Below are positions 27,560-37,415 of a stretch of DNA of 64,000 bases, one piece after another; position 1 is the first letter of the stretch, and each line of letters starts with the position of its first letter. Source of the DNA: an uncultured Verrucomicrobiae bacterium (lineage in GTDB: Bacteria; Chlamydiota; Chlamydiia; Chlamydiales; Rhabdochlamydiaceae). A program made the translations under genes and the position numbers. The notes beneath the pieces are model-generated. The model made no database searches and had not been told where the DNA came from. It saw nothing but the letters and a program-made list of their open reading frames with translations. The stretch is taken from positions 1,152,001 through 1,216,000 of the forward strand of contig CAWDYW010000001.1 of NCBI GenBank assembly GCA_963806855.1, given 5' to 3'.

Positions 27560-29361
27560 TCATCACCTATCAAATTGGTCATAATAAACTCTTTCCGCTC
27601 GGGGGTGTTTTTCCCCATGTAAAACTCGAGTGTTGGTTTGATGTCGGAGAGATTTACGATCGTCACCGGAAGCAGCCGCATCTCTTTGCCGATAAATTGT
27701 CCGAATTCATCGGGGGAGATTTCGCCAAGACCCTTAAAGCGGGTGATCTCAATTCCCTTTTTTAAAGCTTTGACCGCTTGGTCTTTTTCCTCGATGGAGT
27801 AGCAGTAGATCGTCTTCTCTTTGTTGCGCACTTTGAACAGCGGCGACTGGAGCATATAGAGGTGGCCATTCAGGACAAGTCCCTCAAAGTAGGTGAGGAA
27901 GAAAGTGACCAGCAGGTTGCGGATGTGCATGCCGTCGACGTCGGCATCGGTGGCGAGGATTACCTTGCTATAGCGCAAATTGGCCAGATCGTCCTCGATA
28001 TTGAGGGCCGACATCAGGTTGAACATCTCCTCATTTTTATAGAGCTGGTCGAGCTTCATCCCATGGACGTTGATCGGCTTACCCCTCAATGAGAAGACCG
28101 CCTGCGAGAGGGGATCGCGAGTCATGACAATGGAGGCCGATGCCGATTCTCCCTCGGTAAGGAAAATCATCGATCGCTCGCCCTCTTTAGTCCCATCGCC
28201 AAAGTGGTATTTGGAGTCGCGCAATTTCGGAATTTTAAACGAGATCTTCTTCTGCTTATCCTTCGCCTCTTTTTTGACCGCAGCTAGCTCTTTTCGTAGC
28301 TTTTCATTGAAGAGGATCCTCTCGAGGATCATCTTGCCCGTCTCGGGGAATTTGTAGAGCAGATTTTGGACTGCCTCTTTCACCTCTTGGACGATCGGCC
28401 CGCGGATTTCATTGTTAGAGAGCTTGTTTTTCGTCTGCGATTCAAAAACGGGGTCCTTCACTTTCACCAGGATGGCCCCGACGATCCCTTCCCGGACGTC
28501 GACACCCTGGAAGTTCTTTTTGGCAAATTCGTTTACCCCTTTCAAAATCCCTTCGCGGTAAGCCGAAAGGTGGGTCCCCCCATCTTGGGTATATTGCCCG
28601 TTGACGAAAGAGAAGTAGGTTTCACCATAGCTAGAGGAATGGAGAAAAGCAAATTCGAGCGTCTTCCCTCTATAATGGAGCGGCTCATAGAGGCGGTCAT
28701 TTTTCACCTCGTCATTGAGCAGATCGAGGAGCCCATTCTCAGAGCGGATCGTCTCCCCATTGAAGATCAAGGTGAGACCCGTATTGAGATAGGCGTAGTG
28801 CCAGAGTCGTTTGACGATCAGATCCTTTTGGAACTTGAACTTCTTAAAAATCTCAGTGTCCGGGATAAATTCAACATAGGTCCCATCGGGTTCTTTCGTC
28901 TTGCCCTTCTTCTGTTCTTTTAGAATTCCACGAGAAAAATGGGCCTCGACGAACTGCCCCTCGCGACAGCTTCTCACCACAAAAAGAGAGGAAAGGGCAT
29001 TGACCGCCTTCGTTCCTACCCCGTTGAGGCCGACCGAAAATTGGAACACCTCATCATTATATTTAGCCCCAGTATTGATCTGGCTGACGCAGTCGATCAC
29101 CTTGCCAAGGGGAATGCCCCGCCCATAATCTCTTACAGAAATCTTCGAGTTCTTTTCATCGAGCTTCACCTCGATTTCCGTCCCGTGGTGCATGATGAAC
29201 TCATCGACCGAGTTATCGACCACCTCTTTCATCATCACATAGATCCCATCGTCGGAATGCGACCCATCGCCAAGACGGCCGATATACATCCCAGACCTCA
29301 GACGGATGTGGGAGAGGGCGTCTAGCGTTTTGACGGTGGCTTCATCATATTTTTTTGCCAT
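27547..29361 (-). CDS. parE: DNA topoisomerase IV subunit B (chlamydial second gyrB-like gene)
   Basis: EVVDNSVDE, DYGRGIP, GLNGVG, LRGKP, TDADVDGMHI, RFKGLGE. Confidence 0.92.
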   Translation of the reverse strand: MAKKYDEATVKTLDALSHIRLRSGMYIGRLGDGSHSDDGIYVMMKEVVDNSVDEFIMHHGTEIEVKLDEKNSKISVRDYGRGIPLGKVIDCVSQINTGAKYNDEVFQFSVGLNGVGTKAVNALSSLFVVRSCREGQFVEAHFSRGILKEQKKGKTKEPDGTYVEFIPDTEIFKKFKFQKDLIVKRLWHYAYLNTGLTLIFNGETIRSENGLLDLLNDEVKNDRLYEPLHYRGKTLEFAFLHSSSYGETYFSFVNGQYTQDGGTHLSAYREGILKGVNEFAKKNFQGVDVREGIVGAILVKVKDPVFESQTKNKLSNNEIRGPIVQEVKEAVQNLLYKFPETGKMILERILFNEKLRKELAAVKKEAKDKQKKISFKIPKLRDSKYHFGDGTKEGERSMIFLTEGESASASIVMTRDPLSQAVFSLRGKPINVHGMKLDQLYKNEEMFNLMSALNIEDDLANLRYSKVILATDADVDGMHIRNLLVTFFLTYFEGLVLNGHLYMLQSPLFKVRNKEKTIYCYSIEEKDQAVKALKKGIEITRFKGLGEISPDEFGQFIGKEMRLLPVTIVNLSDIKPTLEFYMGKNTPERKEFIMTNLIGDEWMI

Positions 29362-30763
29362 TTTCTAGCGTCCAATGGGGTTTACGGAATTTGTGAATGA
29401 TCAAGGGGATAATTGACATCCCAATCATACTGAGAACCAGATAAAATTCATAGCGTACTAAATTGCCGACATTGAGTTGCGAGGGGGGATAGAAGCCAAG
29501 CAAAATGACAAAGACGCAGGACAAGATCCCAAGAGTTGACAAAATCCAAATCCCTTTTGCCTTATAGGGCACCTTGTAGGCTCTTGGAACATTGGGCTTC
29601 GTATATCTTAGTCGGATTGCCGCGATGAACATCAGAATATACATCAATAAATAAGTCTGCGCGCTCATGACACTTAAGATCCAGAACGAAGCGCTGATCG
29701 TCGGCAATTGCAAAATAATGAGCGAAGTGATCGTCACAATGATCCCTTGTAGCCAAAGGAGATTCATCGGGACCCCATGCTTATTGAGCTTGTGAAAAAT
29801 CGGGGGGAGGTTGCCATGGGTCGTCGTCGCATAGAGTCCACGAACAGGCCCCACAATCCAAGCGTTGACCTCAGCGACCGCCCCGATCACCAATAAAAAG
29901 GCGACCACAGGTAGGATCCAACTAAGATGATAATGCCCGAAGAATAGCGAAAACGCCTCCATCAGGCCCGATGCCAGGCTGATGTCACCCTTAGGCAAGA
30001 CAAAAGCGATCGCCAGGGCGCCGAGTAAAAAGACCGAAAAAGTGATCACTGCGGCCAAAATGATCGCCCGGGGGTAATTCTTCTGTGGATTTTGCACCTC
30101 GGCGGCGTGAACTGAAGAGACCTCGAGACCGGTAAATGCGAGGAATAGCCCAGCCAAAAAGACAAAATTCCCCAAATCATTAAAGTCGGGCAGAACCGCA
30201 GAAAACGAAATAGGAGTGTTAATCGGATTCCCGCCAAATACCCAAGCCAGTCCCAAGGAAATAACCAAAACCCCTGGCAAAATCGTCCCGACAATGACGC
30301 CGATCGTGCTGAACCAGCTCGACGTTTTGACACCCAGGGCATTGAAAATCGTCATCCCCCAAAAGCTGACCAAAATAACCGATAGGACAAAGACCTTGTG
30401 TTGGGCCAGCGCCGGATTAAAGGCATAAGCTAAAGTGGTTGCAACAAAAGAGAGGATCACCGGATACCAAGCGACATTGTGAACCCACTGCATCCAAATG
30501 GCGAAGAAGCCCCACCGATCTCCCAGCGCCTCGCGAACCCAAACATAGACCCCGCCCCCTTTCGACCATCCAGTGGCAAGCTCAGCCGAAACCAGAGCGC
30601 TGGGGATCAAGAAGCCTAGGGCGACGATTCCGAAAAAGAAGAGCGAGCTCAATCCATAAGAGGCGACGAGGGGCAAGTTGCGCAAGCTAGCCATGATGGC
30701 CACATTGAGCATAGCCAGTATGAATACATTAAGTACGCGTCGTTTTTTTCTTGGTTCAGCCAT
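29345..30763 (-). CDS. APC-family amino acid permease (GadC-like)
   Basis: LIPSALVSAELATGW, GGVYVWV, GLEVS..H..EVQNPQKNYPRA; about 12 TM. Confidence 0.9.
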   Translation of the reverse strand: MAEPRKKRRVLNVFILAMLNVAIMASLRNLPLVASYGLSSLFFFGIVALGFLIPSALVSAELATGWSKGGGVYVWVREALGDRWGFFAIWMQWVHNVAWYPVILSFVATTLAYAFNPALAQHKVFVLSVILVSFWGMTIFNALGVKTSSWFSTIGVIVGTILPGVLVISLGLAWVFGGNPINTPISFSAVLPDFNDLGNFVFLAGLFLAFTGLEVSSVHAAEVQNPQKNYPRAIILAAVITFSVFLLGALAIAFVLPKGDISLASGLMEAFSLFFGHYHLSWILPVVAFLLVIGAVAEVNAWIVGPVRGLYATTTHGNLPPIFHKLNKHGVPMNLLWLQGIIVTITSLIILQLPTISASFWILSVMSAQTYLLMYILMFIAAIRLRYTKPNVPRAYKVPYKAKGIWILSTLGILSCVFVILLGFYPPSQLNVGNLVRYEFYLVLSMIGMSIIPLIIHKFRKPHWTLENGKKI

Positions 30764-30957
30764 ATAGACCTCCTTTTAATAGAAGAGATATTTGTTAGCA
30801 ATTAATTAGGTCGGCGCAAGTAGAATTTGCTATAATTTTTTGATTTTCAGGTAGTTAAATTATCCGACAACGATCGAAGACAAAAAAGACAAAAACGAGG
30901 GTGAAAAAAGTTCGTTTGCAGTATAATTGATATAGTTAATAAAAAAAGAGGTTTATA

Positions 30958-31839
30958 ATGTTACCAGTTTCAACACCAATTACAACCGAGCGAGGGGAGA
31001 ATCGGGAGGCTAGGGAGGAAAAATTGCGTCGTGATTTACTTTCTGTACCTGAAGCCTCTTGTGATGGTATCGGCTCTGAGCAGACATATCTAAACCGATA
31101 TCCGAACATCTATGCAGCTGAAATAACACGCGTACGCCTCACGCCGCCGCCGTCGACAGAGGAGTGGAAGGAGGAGTGGGAGGAACTGAATCCGGAGTGT
31201 TATATTAATGCAAACCATTGCCTTAAAGGCACAGTCATCCTAACTCAGGGCCCTTTGGCTGACAGGGAAAAAGATTATGAATGGCATCACCGCGATTTTT
31301 ACAACATGATCTGGGAGAATGGTTCTGACGCGGTTGTCATGCTGACCAACTATGTTGAAAGTGGAGACGAAAAATGCAGCATGTATTTACCCTCTAACGG
31401 ACCAAAAATAGCTGGGGAATATACCATTACTGCTGAGAAGGTTGAGGAGGGGGTCGGCACTATCCTCACCAAAGTCACGATCACAAATGGACAAGAAAGC
31501 AGAACTTTCATCCACTACCATTATATCAATTGGGCCGACCATCAAGCCGCATCAGTCTACGCCATCGCACAATTAGTTAGAACGCTATTGAATCGTGATC
31601 ATACTAACCCTGTTATCCATTGCAGTGCGGGAGTCGGCCGATCGGGAACTTTAGCCGCAGTCATGGGCGCGTATCGCCGAGTTCAAGAAAATCCCAAATG
31701 TGATGGCGACGAAGCACTCAAGGAGGCCCTCATGTCTTTGCGCCAAGAAAGGCTGCAATGCGTTCACAACTTTGATCAATACATAATGGCTCGTGATGTT
31801 CTTCAGTGTCTTTTAGATGAGGATACGGGCGGGGTATAA
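30958..31839 (+). CDS. Classical (eukaryote-like) protein tyrosine phosphatase
   Basis: NRYPNI, YINAN, LTQGP, DFYNMIWE, KCSMY, WADH, IHCSAGVGRSG, QY. Confidence 0.92.
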   Translation: MLPVSTPITTERGENREAREEKLRRDLLSVPEASCDGIGSEQTYLNRYPNIYAAEITRVRLTPPPSTEEWKEEWEELNPECYINANHCLKGTVILTQGPLADREKDYEWHHRDFYNMIWENGSDAVVMLTNYVESGDEKCSMYLPSNGPKIAGEYTITAEKVEEGVGTILTKVTITNGQESRTFIHYHYINWADHQAASVYAIAQLVRTLLNRDHTNPVIHCSAGVGRSGTLAAVMGAYRRVQENPKCDGDEALKEALMSLRQERLQCVHNFDQYIMARDVLQCLLDEDTGGV

Positions 31840-31904
31840 CTCACCCCTTGATTAATTTTTTATGGCCTGATAGATTTGACTTCTTTATTGTTGAAGGGAA
31901 GCAG

Positions 31905-32456
31905 ATGAAAACGTTGGTGATGCTGGTGGCATTGTTGTGCTGCCTAAATGTACAAGGAGTAGCAGATATGAAATTTTCTGAGCCAAAAACGGCCATGCAG
32001 TTCGAAAAAGGGAAAACCTATTTGGCTGTCATCCATACGAATAAAGGGGATATCACCTGCAAACTCATGACTAATGAGGCCCCCCTCTCCGTCACAAACT
32101 TCATCACCCTGGCCAAAGGGGGATTCTACAATGGACTCACATTTCACCGAGTCGTTCCTGGCTTCGTTGTTCAAGGGGGAGATCCGGAAGGGACTGGCCG
32201 CGGCGGACCTGGATATACTGTTAAGGCGGAGATCGGACCCTTACATAAACAGGGTGCGCTCGCTTGGGCTCGCCTGCCTGATACGGTGAACCCAGAAAGA
32301 AAATCAAGCGGTTCTCAGTTCTACATTGCATTGGAAGATTTGCCTTCCTTGGATGGGGATTATACAGTTTTCGGGCAAACAATCGCCGGAATGGATGTGG
32401 TCAAAAAGATCCGAATTGGCGATAAAATCGAAAAAATCGACATCAAAATTGAGTAA
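31905..32456 (+). CDS. Cyclophilin-type peptidyl-prolyl isomerase, exported
   Basis: FYNGLTFHRVVPGFVVQGGDP, SGSQFYI, LDGDYTVFGQ; signal peptide. Confidence 0.93.
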   Translation: MKTLVMLVALLCCLNVQGVADMKFSEPKTAMQFEKGKTYLAVIHTNKGDITCKLMTNEAPLSVTNFITLAKGGFYNGLTFHRVVPGFVVQGGDPEGTGRGGPGYTVKAEIGPLHKQGALAWARLPDTVNPERKSSGSQFYIALEDLPSLDGDYTVFGQTIAGMDVVKKIRIGDKIEKIDIKIE

Positions 32457-32711
32457 TTTTTTGGTCAAAAATCGGGTCAATTAAAATTTTTTTTATTTAA
32501 TTTCTCGGTCTAAAAAAACCGCTCATACTATCTTCTAAAAAGGAAATTTCGGAACTCGTTTTTTTTAAAAATTGATATTTTTAAAATTTTTTTTTCTTTT
32601 TAAATAAAAATTTATTATATTGAGGGGTGTAGGAGAAAAAGAGTGGAGAGGCCATAAGCGATAAAGGCCCCAAATAAAAATCCTATACATGCAAACAAGG
32701 AGAAATTGTCC

Positions 32712-32927
32712 ATGGCCGTAAAAAGAAAAAAAGCAGCTAAGAAGACTGCACGTAAAACAGCTCGTAGAAAGACTGCGAGAAAAACAGCTCGTAAAACTAC
32801 ACGCAGAAAAACTGCACGTAAAACTGCACGCAAAACTGCTCGTAAAACAGCTCGTAAAACAGCTCGCAGAAAAACTGCAAAACGAAGAACTAAAAAAGCT
32901 GTGACTCCAGTAATGGGTGGTCAGTAA
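32712..32927 (+). CDS. hctB: Histone H1-like protein (short Hc2/HctB-like)
   Basis: (KTARK/KTARRK)n repeats; AGGAG RBS. Confidence 0.75.
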   Translation: MAVKRKKAAKKTARKTARRKTARKTARKTTRRKTARKTARKTARKTARKTARRKTAKRRTKKAVTPVMGGQ

Positions 32928-32991
32928 TTAACTCAGCCCTGGTGAGTGCTTAAGTCGCTGCGCTAGCAGCGCTTAAGTTTATTCAATCATT

Positions 32992-33025
32992 GGCGAGCAA
33001 GTTCAGGGCTTGCTCGTTTTTTTTT
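32992..33025 (+). terminator. Rho-independent terminator after hctB
   Basis: GGCGAGCAAGTTC-AG-GGCTTGCTCGTTTTTTTTT. Confidence 0.8.
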
Positions 33026-33046
33026 ATCCAATACTAAGACCTATTT

Positions 33047-33110
33047 TCAACGCAAAGGCGCCAAGACGCAAAAAAAAATAATTTTTTTTATCTTTGCGTC
33101 GTTGCGTTGA
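33047..33110. repeat. Palindromic repeat family A, copy 4 (shorter)
   Basis: TCAACGCAAAGGCGCCAAGACGCAAAA...TCTTTGCGTCGTTGCGTTGA. Confidence 0.8.
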
Positions 33111-33216
33111 ATAGGAGAACCCAATTATGCATAGCAACGCCCTGAGCTTTAGTTATATGTTAAAATAACGATATTCTCTAATTGGAATTTTAAGCAAGAA
33201 GAGGTAATTGTAGAGT

Positions 33217-33978
33217 ATGAAAATAGCAATCATCGGATGCGGCGTGATGGGCAGTGCATTTGCTCGTCACTTTGCCAAAAGAGGGCATGAACTTGTCCTT
33301 TGCGATCATTTTGTTCCCAAAGGGGAGGAGCTTGCAAAAGAGCTCAAGGCGAAGTTTCATACTGCTCCAAATGAGGCGGTTAAGGGGGCTGAGGTTGTCT
33401 TACTCGCCATTAAACCCAAAGACCTTGGAAAAATCAAAGAGGGCCTCGAAGGGAAGATTGTGATTAGCATTTTAGCGGCAGTGACCCTTGAGAAGTTGAA
33501 AGAGAAGTTTCCGAAAGCGACCATCGTCCGGGCGATGCCCAATTTGGCTCTCACATGTGGCGAAGCTGTCACAGCTTTGGTGGGAGATGTCTCATTGGAG
33601 GTTCGGGCCCAAGTCGATGAATTACTCGCTGGGACAGGACTCATTTTTTGGACGCAAGAAGAGAAAATTGACCCGATATCAGCACTCGCCGGCTCGGGGC
33701 CTGCCTTCGTCTTAGCGATGATTGAGGCGATGATCGAAAGTGGAATTGAAATGGGGCTTCCCGCAGCAGAGTCACAAGCTCTGGTATTACAGACGATCTT
33801 GGGTGCAGTGGCTCTATTGAAAGCTAATCCAGGACATCCCGGAGCGATCCGCTGGCAAATTTCTGCGCCAGGCGGGACAACGATTGCGGGGCAAGCTGCA
33901 TTTGAAGAGAGCGGAGTCCGGTCAGGGATCAGGAAGACGATCTTGGCGACATATCATAGGAATAAGGAGCTATCATGA
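33217..33978 (+). CDS. proC: Pyrroline-5-carboxylate reductase
   Basis: IGCGVMG, LAIKP, RAMPN, ALAGSGPAF, SAPGGTTIAG. Confidence 0.95.
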   Translation: MKIAIIGCGVMGSAFARHFAKRGHELVLCDHFVPKGEELAKELKAKFHTAPNEAVKGAEVVLLAIKPKDLGKIKEGLEGKIVISILAAVTLEKLKEKFPKATIVRAMPNLALTCGEAVTALVGDVSLEVRAQVDELLAGTGLIFWTQEEKIDPISALAGSGPAFVLAMIEAMIESGIEMGLPAAESQALVLQTILGAVALLKANPGHPGAIRWQISAPGGTTIAGQAAFEESGVRSGIRKTILATYHRNKELS

Positions 33979-34739
33979 AAGTAGTCATTCTCAATAAGGA
34001 TGTTCGCCGCAATATCGAGCTGTTTCGGCAGCTGGTCCATCGTCAAGGACAAAAACGGGAGCAGCTCTTGCAGAGCATCAAAAAAGGTTATAAAGCCTTT
34101 ATTAACCTCAAAACGGGGCAGCTCAAATTTCCTGAACTAAAAGAGGGGAATTTCTCGAGAGAAGAGTGGAAAGCGGTGATCATTGAACTACACCCGACTA
34201 AAGAGGGGGCATTTGATGTGGTTTCTGCTGATGGAAAAGAGGTATTTGATGTTGCAGAGCTAAAAAGCGCTGCCTATGAACTATTTGTCAAGACACTCAA
34301 AACTTTAAATGAGCTCACCTATGACCCTAAACATGTTCGGGATGCTTTGTGGATCCTGCGCCAATTCGCTCAAATCGATTTCGTCCTCAGCGACCAAGAA
34401 GAGGGAGTCCGCAATCTGGTGCACGATGCCTGGTATAACGTCGACAGGCTAGAAGCTGAAGAGCTCCTTAGCGGAAAAGTCTTTGGAACCTATCTCTTCC
34501 GCAAGGATCTGTTTGCTCAAGATTTAGAGGATACGATCAATGAGACTTCCTTCTCACCCGTGACCTGCATCACGCTGACCTACACCGAAAAAAACGATAA
34601 AATCTCCGAGAAAACGCTGGTTTACAAAGAGGGAAAATGGCTCTTTTATGACGACGATCCAACTCTTTCTGGGCATGGGTACGATTCAGTGAAGGAACTG
34701 CTTGAGAAAAAGGCTAAGATGCTGCAGCAGCCTCTGTAG
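33975..34739 (+). CDS. Hypothetical protein with C-terminal SH2-like domain
   Basis: AWYNVDRLEAEELLSGKVFGTYLFRKD..ITLTY..YDSVKELL; ATGA overlap with proC, AGGAG RBS. Confidence 0.7.
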   Translation: MKVVILNKDVRRNIELFRQLVHRQGQKREQLLQSIKKGYKAFINLKTGQLKFPELKEGNFSREEWKAVIIELHPTKEGAFDVVSADGKEVFDVAELKSAAYELFVKTLKTLNELTYDPKHVRDALWILRQFAQIDFVLSDQEEGVRNLVHDAWYNVDRLEAEELLSGKVFGTYLFRKDLFAQDLEDTINETSFSPVTCITLTYTEKNDKISEKTLVYKEGKWLFYDDDPTLSGHGYDSVKELLEKKAKMLQQPL

Positions 34740-35718
34740 GGCTAATTGCCGCGATCTTATCATAGAATTTCTCCACCTGCTGTTCATAGCCCCCTTTTTG
34801 GACGATAAATTTGAGGACTACTGCTGCCGCAGTACCGACCCCCATCGCGATGAAGAAGGGGAGCGTCCCAAATCCAGTAAACATGCTGAGCGCACTGAGC
34901 AACGTGAAGAAAATCGCAATCAGCCCGAGCACGTGGATTAAGATTTTGGTTTTGGCTTGGGTCGAGACCGATTCCATCAAGAGTTCAACTCTCTGGGCAG
35001 CATCCAGGCGTATCGTCTCATCGGGACTGGTCAAATCCTTCATTGTAGAATCAAGCTGTTTTTTGACCTCGTCTGCAAGCCCTGGGGTAATGCGTCTTTT
35101 CAAATTCTCAAATTTCACTTCTAGAGCTTTTTGTGCAATTTGATCAAATCGTTCTGCTTTTGAAGTCCGATCTAATTCGGGTAATTTCTCTTCTATTAGC
35201 GAGCAGATTTTATCCGATTCTTCTGGCTGGAGTGTGAAGTAGCGATCTTTCATCCAATCAAGTTGATTTAATGCCGATTTCTCTTTGCTGATCCCTTGAA
35301 GAAGTTCAATGCCTCTACGCATGTTGATGAATTCGAAGATTCCCTCGATAATCCCGATGACAAAGAAAAAAATCGAAGAGGGGATTAGGACAACTTTCAA
35401 CGCTGCCGGGATGAACCAGAAAGGCCCATTTTTGACGATATTGAGATGGAAAAGACCATCAGCGATCATCGCCCCTTGCATGGTGCCGACCACGACAAGT
35501 ACTCCCTTGTCGAGCAGCCATGTTCCTTTTTCGACGATTTCGAGATGTCTCTCATAGTCACGGAATAGTATCGCTTTTCCCCAATTGACTACATGATCGA
35601 CAAAGGTCTTTTGCGCAATGGCGGAAACGGCCTCTGATTCACGGCGCAAAGGGGCCGATCCCAGGTAGGGATTAATGTACTGTAATTCCCTGTTATTTTC
35701 AATTCCGCTTGCAAACAT
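34714..35718 (-). CDS. Hypothetical membrane protein with two bilobed hydrophobic regions (Inc-like)
   Basis: ORF with paired hydrophobic segments in the middle and at the C-terminus; GAGG precedes ATG 35718. Confidence 0.75.
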   Translation of the reverse strand: MFASGIENNRELQYINPYLGSAPLRRESEAVSAIAQKTFVDHVVNWGKAILFRDYERHLEIVEKGTWLLDKGVLVVVGTMQGAMIADGLFHLNIVKNGPFWFIPAALKVVLIPSSIFFFVIGIIEGIFEFINMRRGIELLQGISKEKSALNQLDWMKDRYFTLQPEESDKICSLIEEKLPELDRTSKAERFDQIAQKALEVKFENLKRRITPGLADEVKKQLDSTMKDLTSPDETIRLDAAQRVELLMESVSTQAKTKILIHVLGLIAIFFTLLSALSMFTGFGTLPFFIAMGVGTAAAVVLKFIVQKGGYEQQVEKFYDKIAAISPTEAAAAS

Positions 35719-35835
35719 AATTAACCTCATGAATTATTATACTACAATTAACATATTCTAAACAATTGCTAATAAATACTTTGCTGTTGAATCTTTTTTT
35801 GATTTGGTTAATCATGATGAGATTCCAGGAGGACT

Positions 35836-36468
35836 ATGAAAAAGATCGTGTTGTCCCTAGTAGGGATTTTTTTAACAATTAGTGGCTTTGCCCAAGATTA
35901 TAAGGCCAAGGACTTTTCCCATCTGGTCGGCATGCCAGGTTTTAGCGATGAGTTGCTTCAGCTCCACTTTAAGCTCTATCAGGGCTATGTGACCAATACC
36001 AATGCTCTCATCGGCCTCATCAAAGGCTATGCTGACAATACCCAAGCATACCAATATCAGGCTCTTAAACGACGCTTTGGCTGGGAATTCGACGGAATGA
36101 GGCTCCATGAGCTCTATTTTGGCAACCTTGGTGGCAAAAAAGGGGTGGAGCAAGGCTCTGCACTCTATAAAGCGATTGAGCGGGACTTTGGCTCCTTTGA
36201 AAATTGGAAAAAAGACTTTATAGCTACCGGCTTGATGCGGGGTGTCGGTTGGTCGATCCTCTATTTCGATCCGGTATCGGGGCGTCTCTTCAACGCCTGG
36301 ATCAATGAGCATGATGTGGGCCATCTGGCAAGCGGCGAGCCGATTCTCGTGATGGATGTTTGGGAACATGCCTACATCACCCAATATGGGCTCGATCGGG
36401 CTAAGTACATCGATGCCTTTTTTAAGAATATTAGCTGGGAAGTTGTCACGGGCCGCTTTCAACCATAA
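35836..36468 (+). CDS. sod: Fe/Mn superoxide dismutase with signal peptide
   Basis: LHFKLYQGYV, LHELYF, MDVWEHAY. Confidence 0.92.
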   Translation: MKKIVLSLVGIFLTISGFAQDYKAKDFSHLVGMPGFSDELLQLHFKLYQGYVTNTNALIGLIKGYADNTQAYQYQALKRRFGWEFDGMRLHELYFGNLGGKKGVEQGSALYKAIERDFGSFENWKKDFIATGLMRGVGWSILYFDPVSGRLFNAWINEHDVGHLASGEPILVMDVWEHAYITQYGLDRAKYIDAFFKNISWEVVTGRFQP

Positions 36469-37415
36469 TGTCGAAGTTTCCTAAAGCCCTACCTCTCGAT
36501 CGCAGCGTGATTAAATCCCGGCTGGCCCGCAGGAAAAAGCTCCTGTTGAGCGCACGTCGGGGCGTCATGCTGCGCGGCATCATCATTTTTGCGGAGTTTT
36601 TCGGGTTTGCATTCTTTGGCAGCTCAACTCTGCTCCTCGACGCCCTCTCCAACTCAGTCGACGCAATTGCCAGCATCGTCCTGATCTGGTGCATCCATAA
36701 GGCCGATCAGCCACCCGATGAAAAACATCCCCTGGGCCATGGTCGCTTTGAGCCCATCGCAGGACTTCTCATCGGCTTTTTGCTGGTCTTCCTCGGTATA
36801 GTGAGCACGATAGAGCAGATCAAGGGGGTCTTCACCGGAGAGGTGACAAGAGCCATTCCCAAACTCGCCATTGTGATCCCTCTCATGGCGGTTATTTTGC
36901 TTGAGATCTGCCATCAAATTCTCAAGAAGGCGGCCAAACAGAAGCATAGCCCAGCGCTCCTTGCCGATGCGGCACACTACCGGATCGACGCCCTAACTAG
37001 CTTTTTTGCTCTGATCGTCCTCTGCCTGGTCGCCCTTTTTCCAGCCGAAGCTCATATTTTCGACCATCTTGGTGCGATTTCCATTGCCCTCTTCATGATC
37101 GGCGGCGGGGTGATCGCAGCTTACAAAAACATCAATCAGCTCATCGATCGTGCCCCACCGCCTGAAATGGTCGAAACAGTGCGTACAGCCGCCCTTAAAG
37201 TGCATGGAATACTCGCTACAGAGAAAATTAGGCTCCAAGTCTACGGCCCCGACGCATTCGTCGCCATCGATGTCGAAATGGACCCCGATCTATCGGTTGA
37301 AGAGTCGCATAAAATCACCCAAAGAGTGCGCCGCGCGATCCAAACAGCGTGGCCATCTGTCCGCGATGTGATCGTCCATGTCGAACCCTACTACCCTGGC
37401 GACCATGAATCCTGA
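36468..37415 (+). CDS. Cation diffusion facilitator family transporter
   Basis: [32 protein letters not shown]. Confidence 0.93.
   Translation: MSKFPKALPLDRSVIKSRLARRKKLLLSARRGVMLRGIIIFAEFFGFAFFGSSTLLLDALSNSVDAIASIVLIWCIHKADQPPDEKHPLGHGRFEPIAGLLIGFLLVFLGIVSTIEQIKGVFTGEVTRAIPKLAIVIPLMAVILLEICHQILKKAAKQKHSPALLADAAHYRIDALTSFFALIVLCLVALFPAEAHIFDHLGAISIALFMIGGGVIAAYKNINQLIDRAPPPEMVETVRTAALKVHGILATEKIRLQVYGPDAFVAIDVEMDPDLSVEESHKITQRVRRAIQTAWPSVRDVIVHVEPYYPGDHES

Noticed and set aside
25673..29361. Short gyrA/gyrB pair as truncated or novel genes
   Set aside because: Matches the known chlamydial second type II topoisomerase (topo IV) in size and motifs.
32736..32890. 12-15 bp DNA repeats as a regulatory array
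   Set aside because: Explained by the KTARK peptide repeats of the histone-like protein, with synonymous variation.
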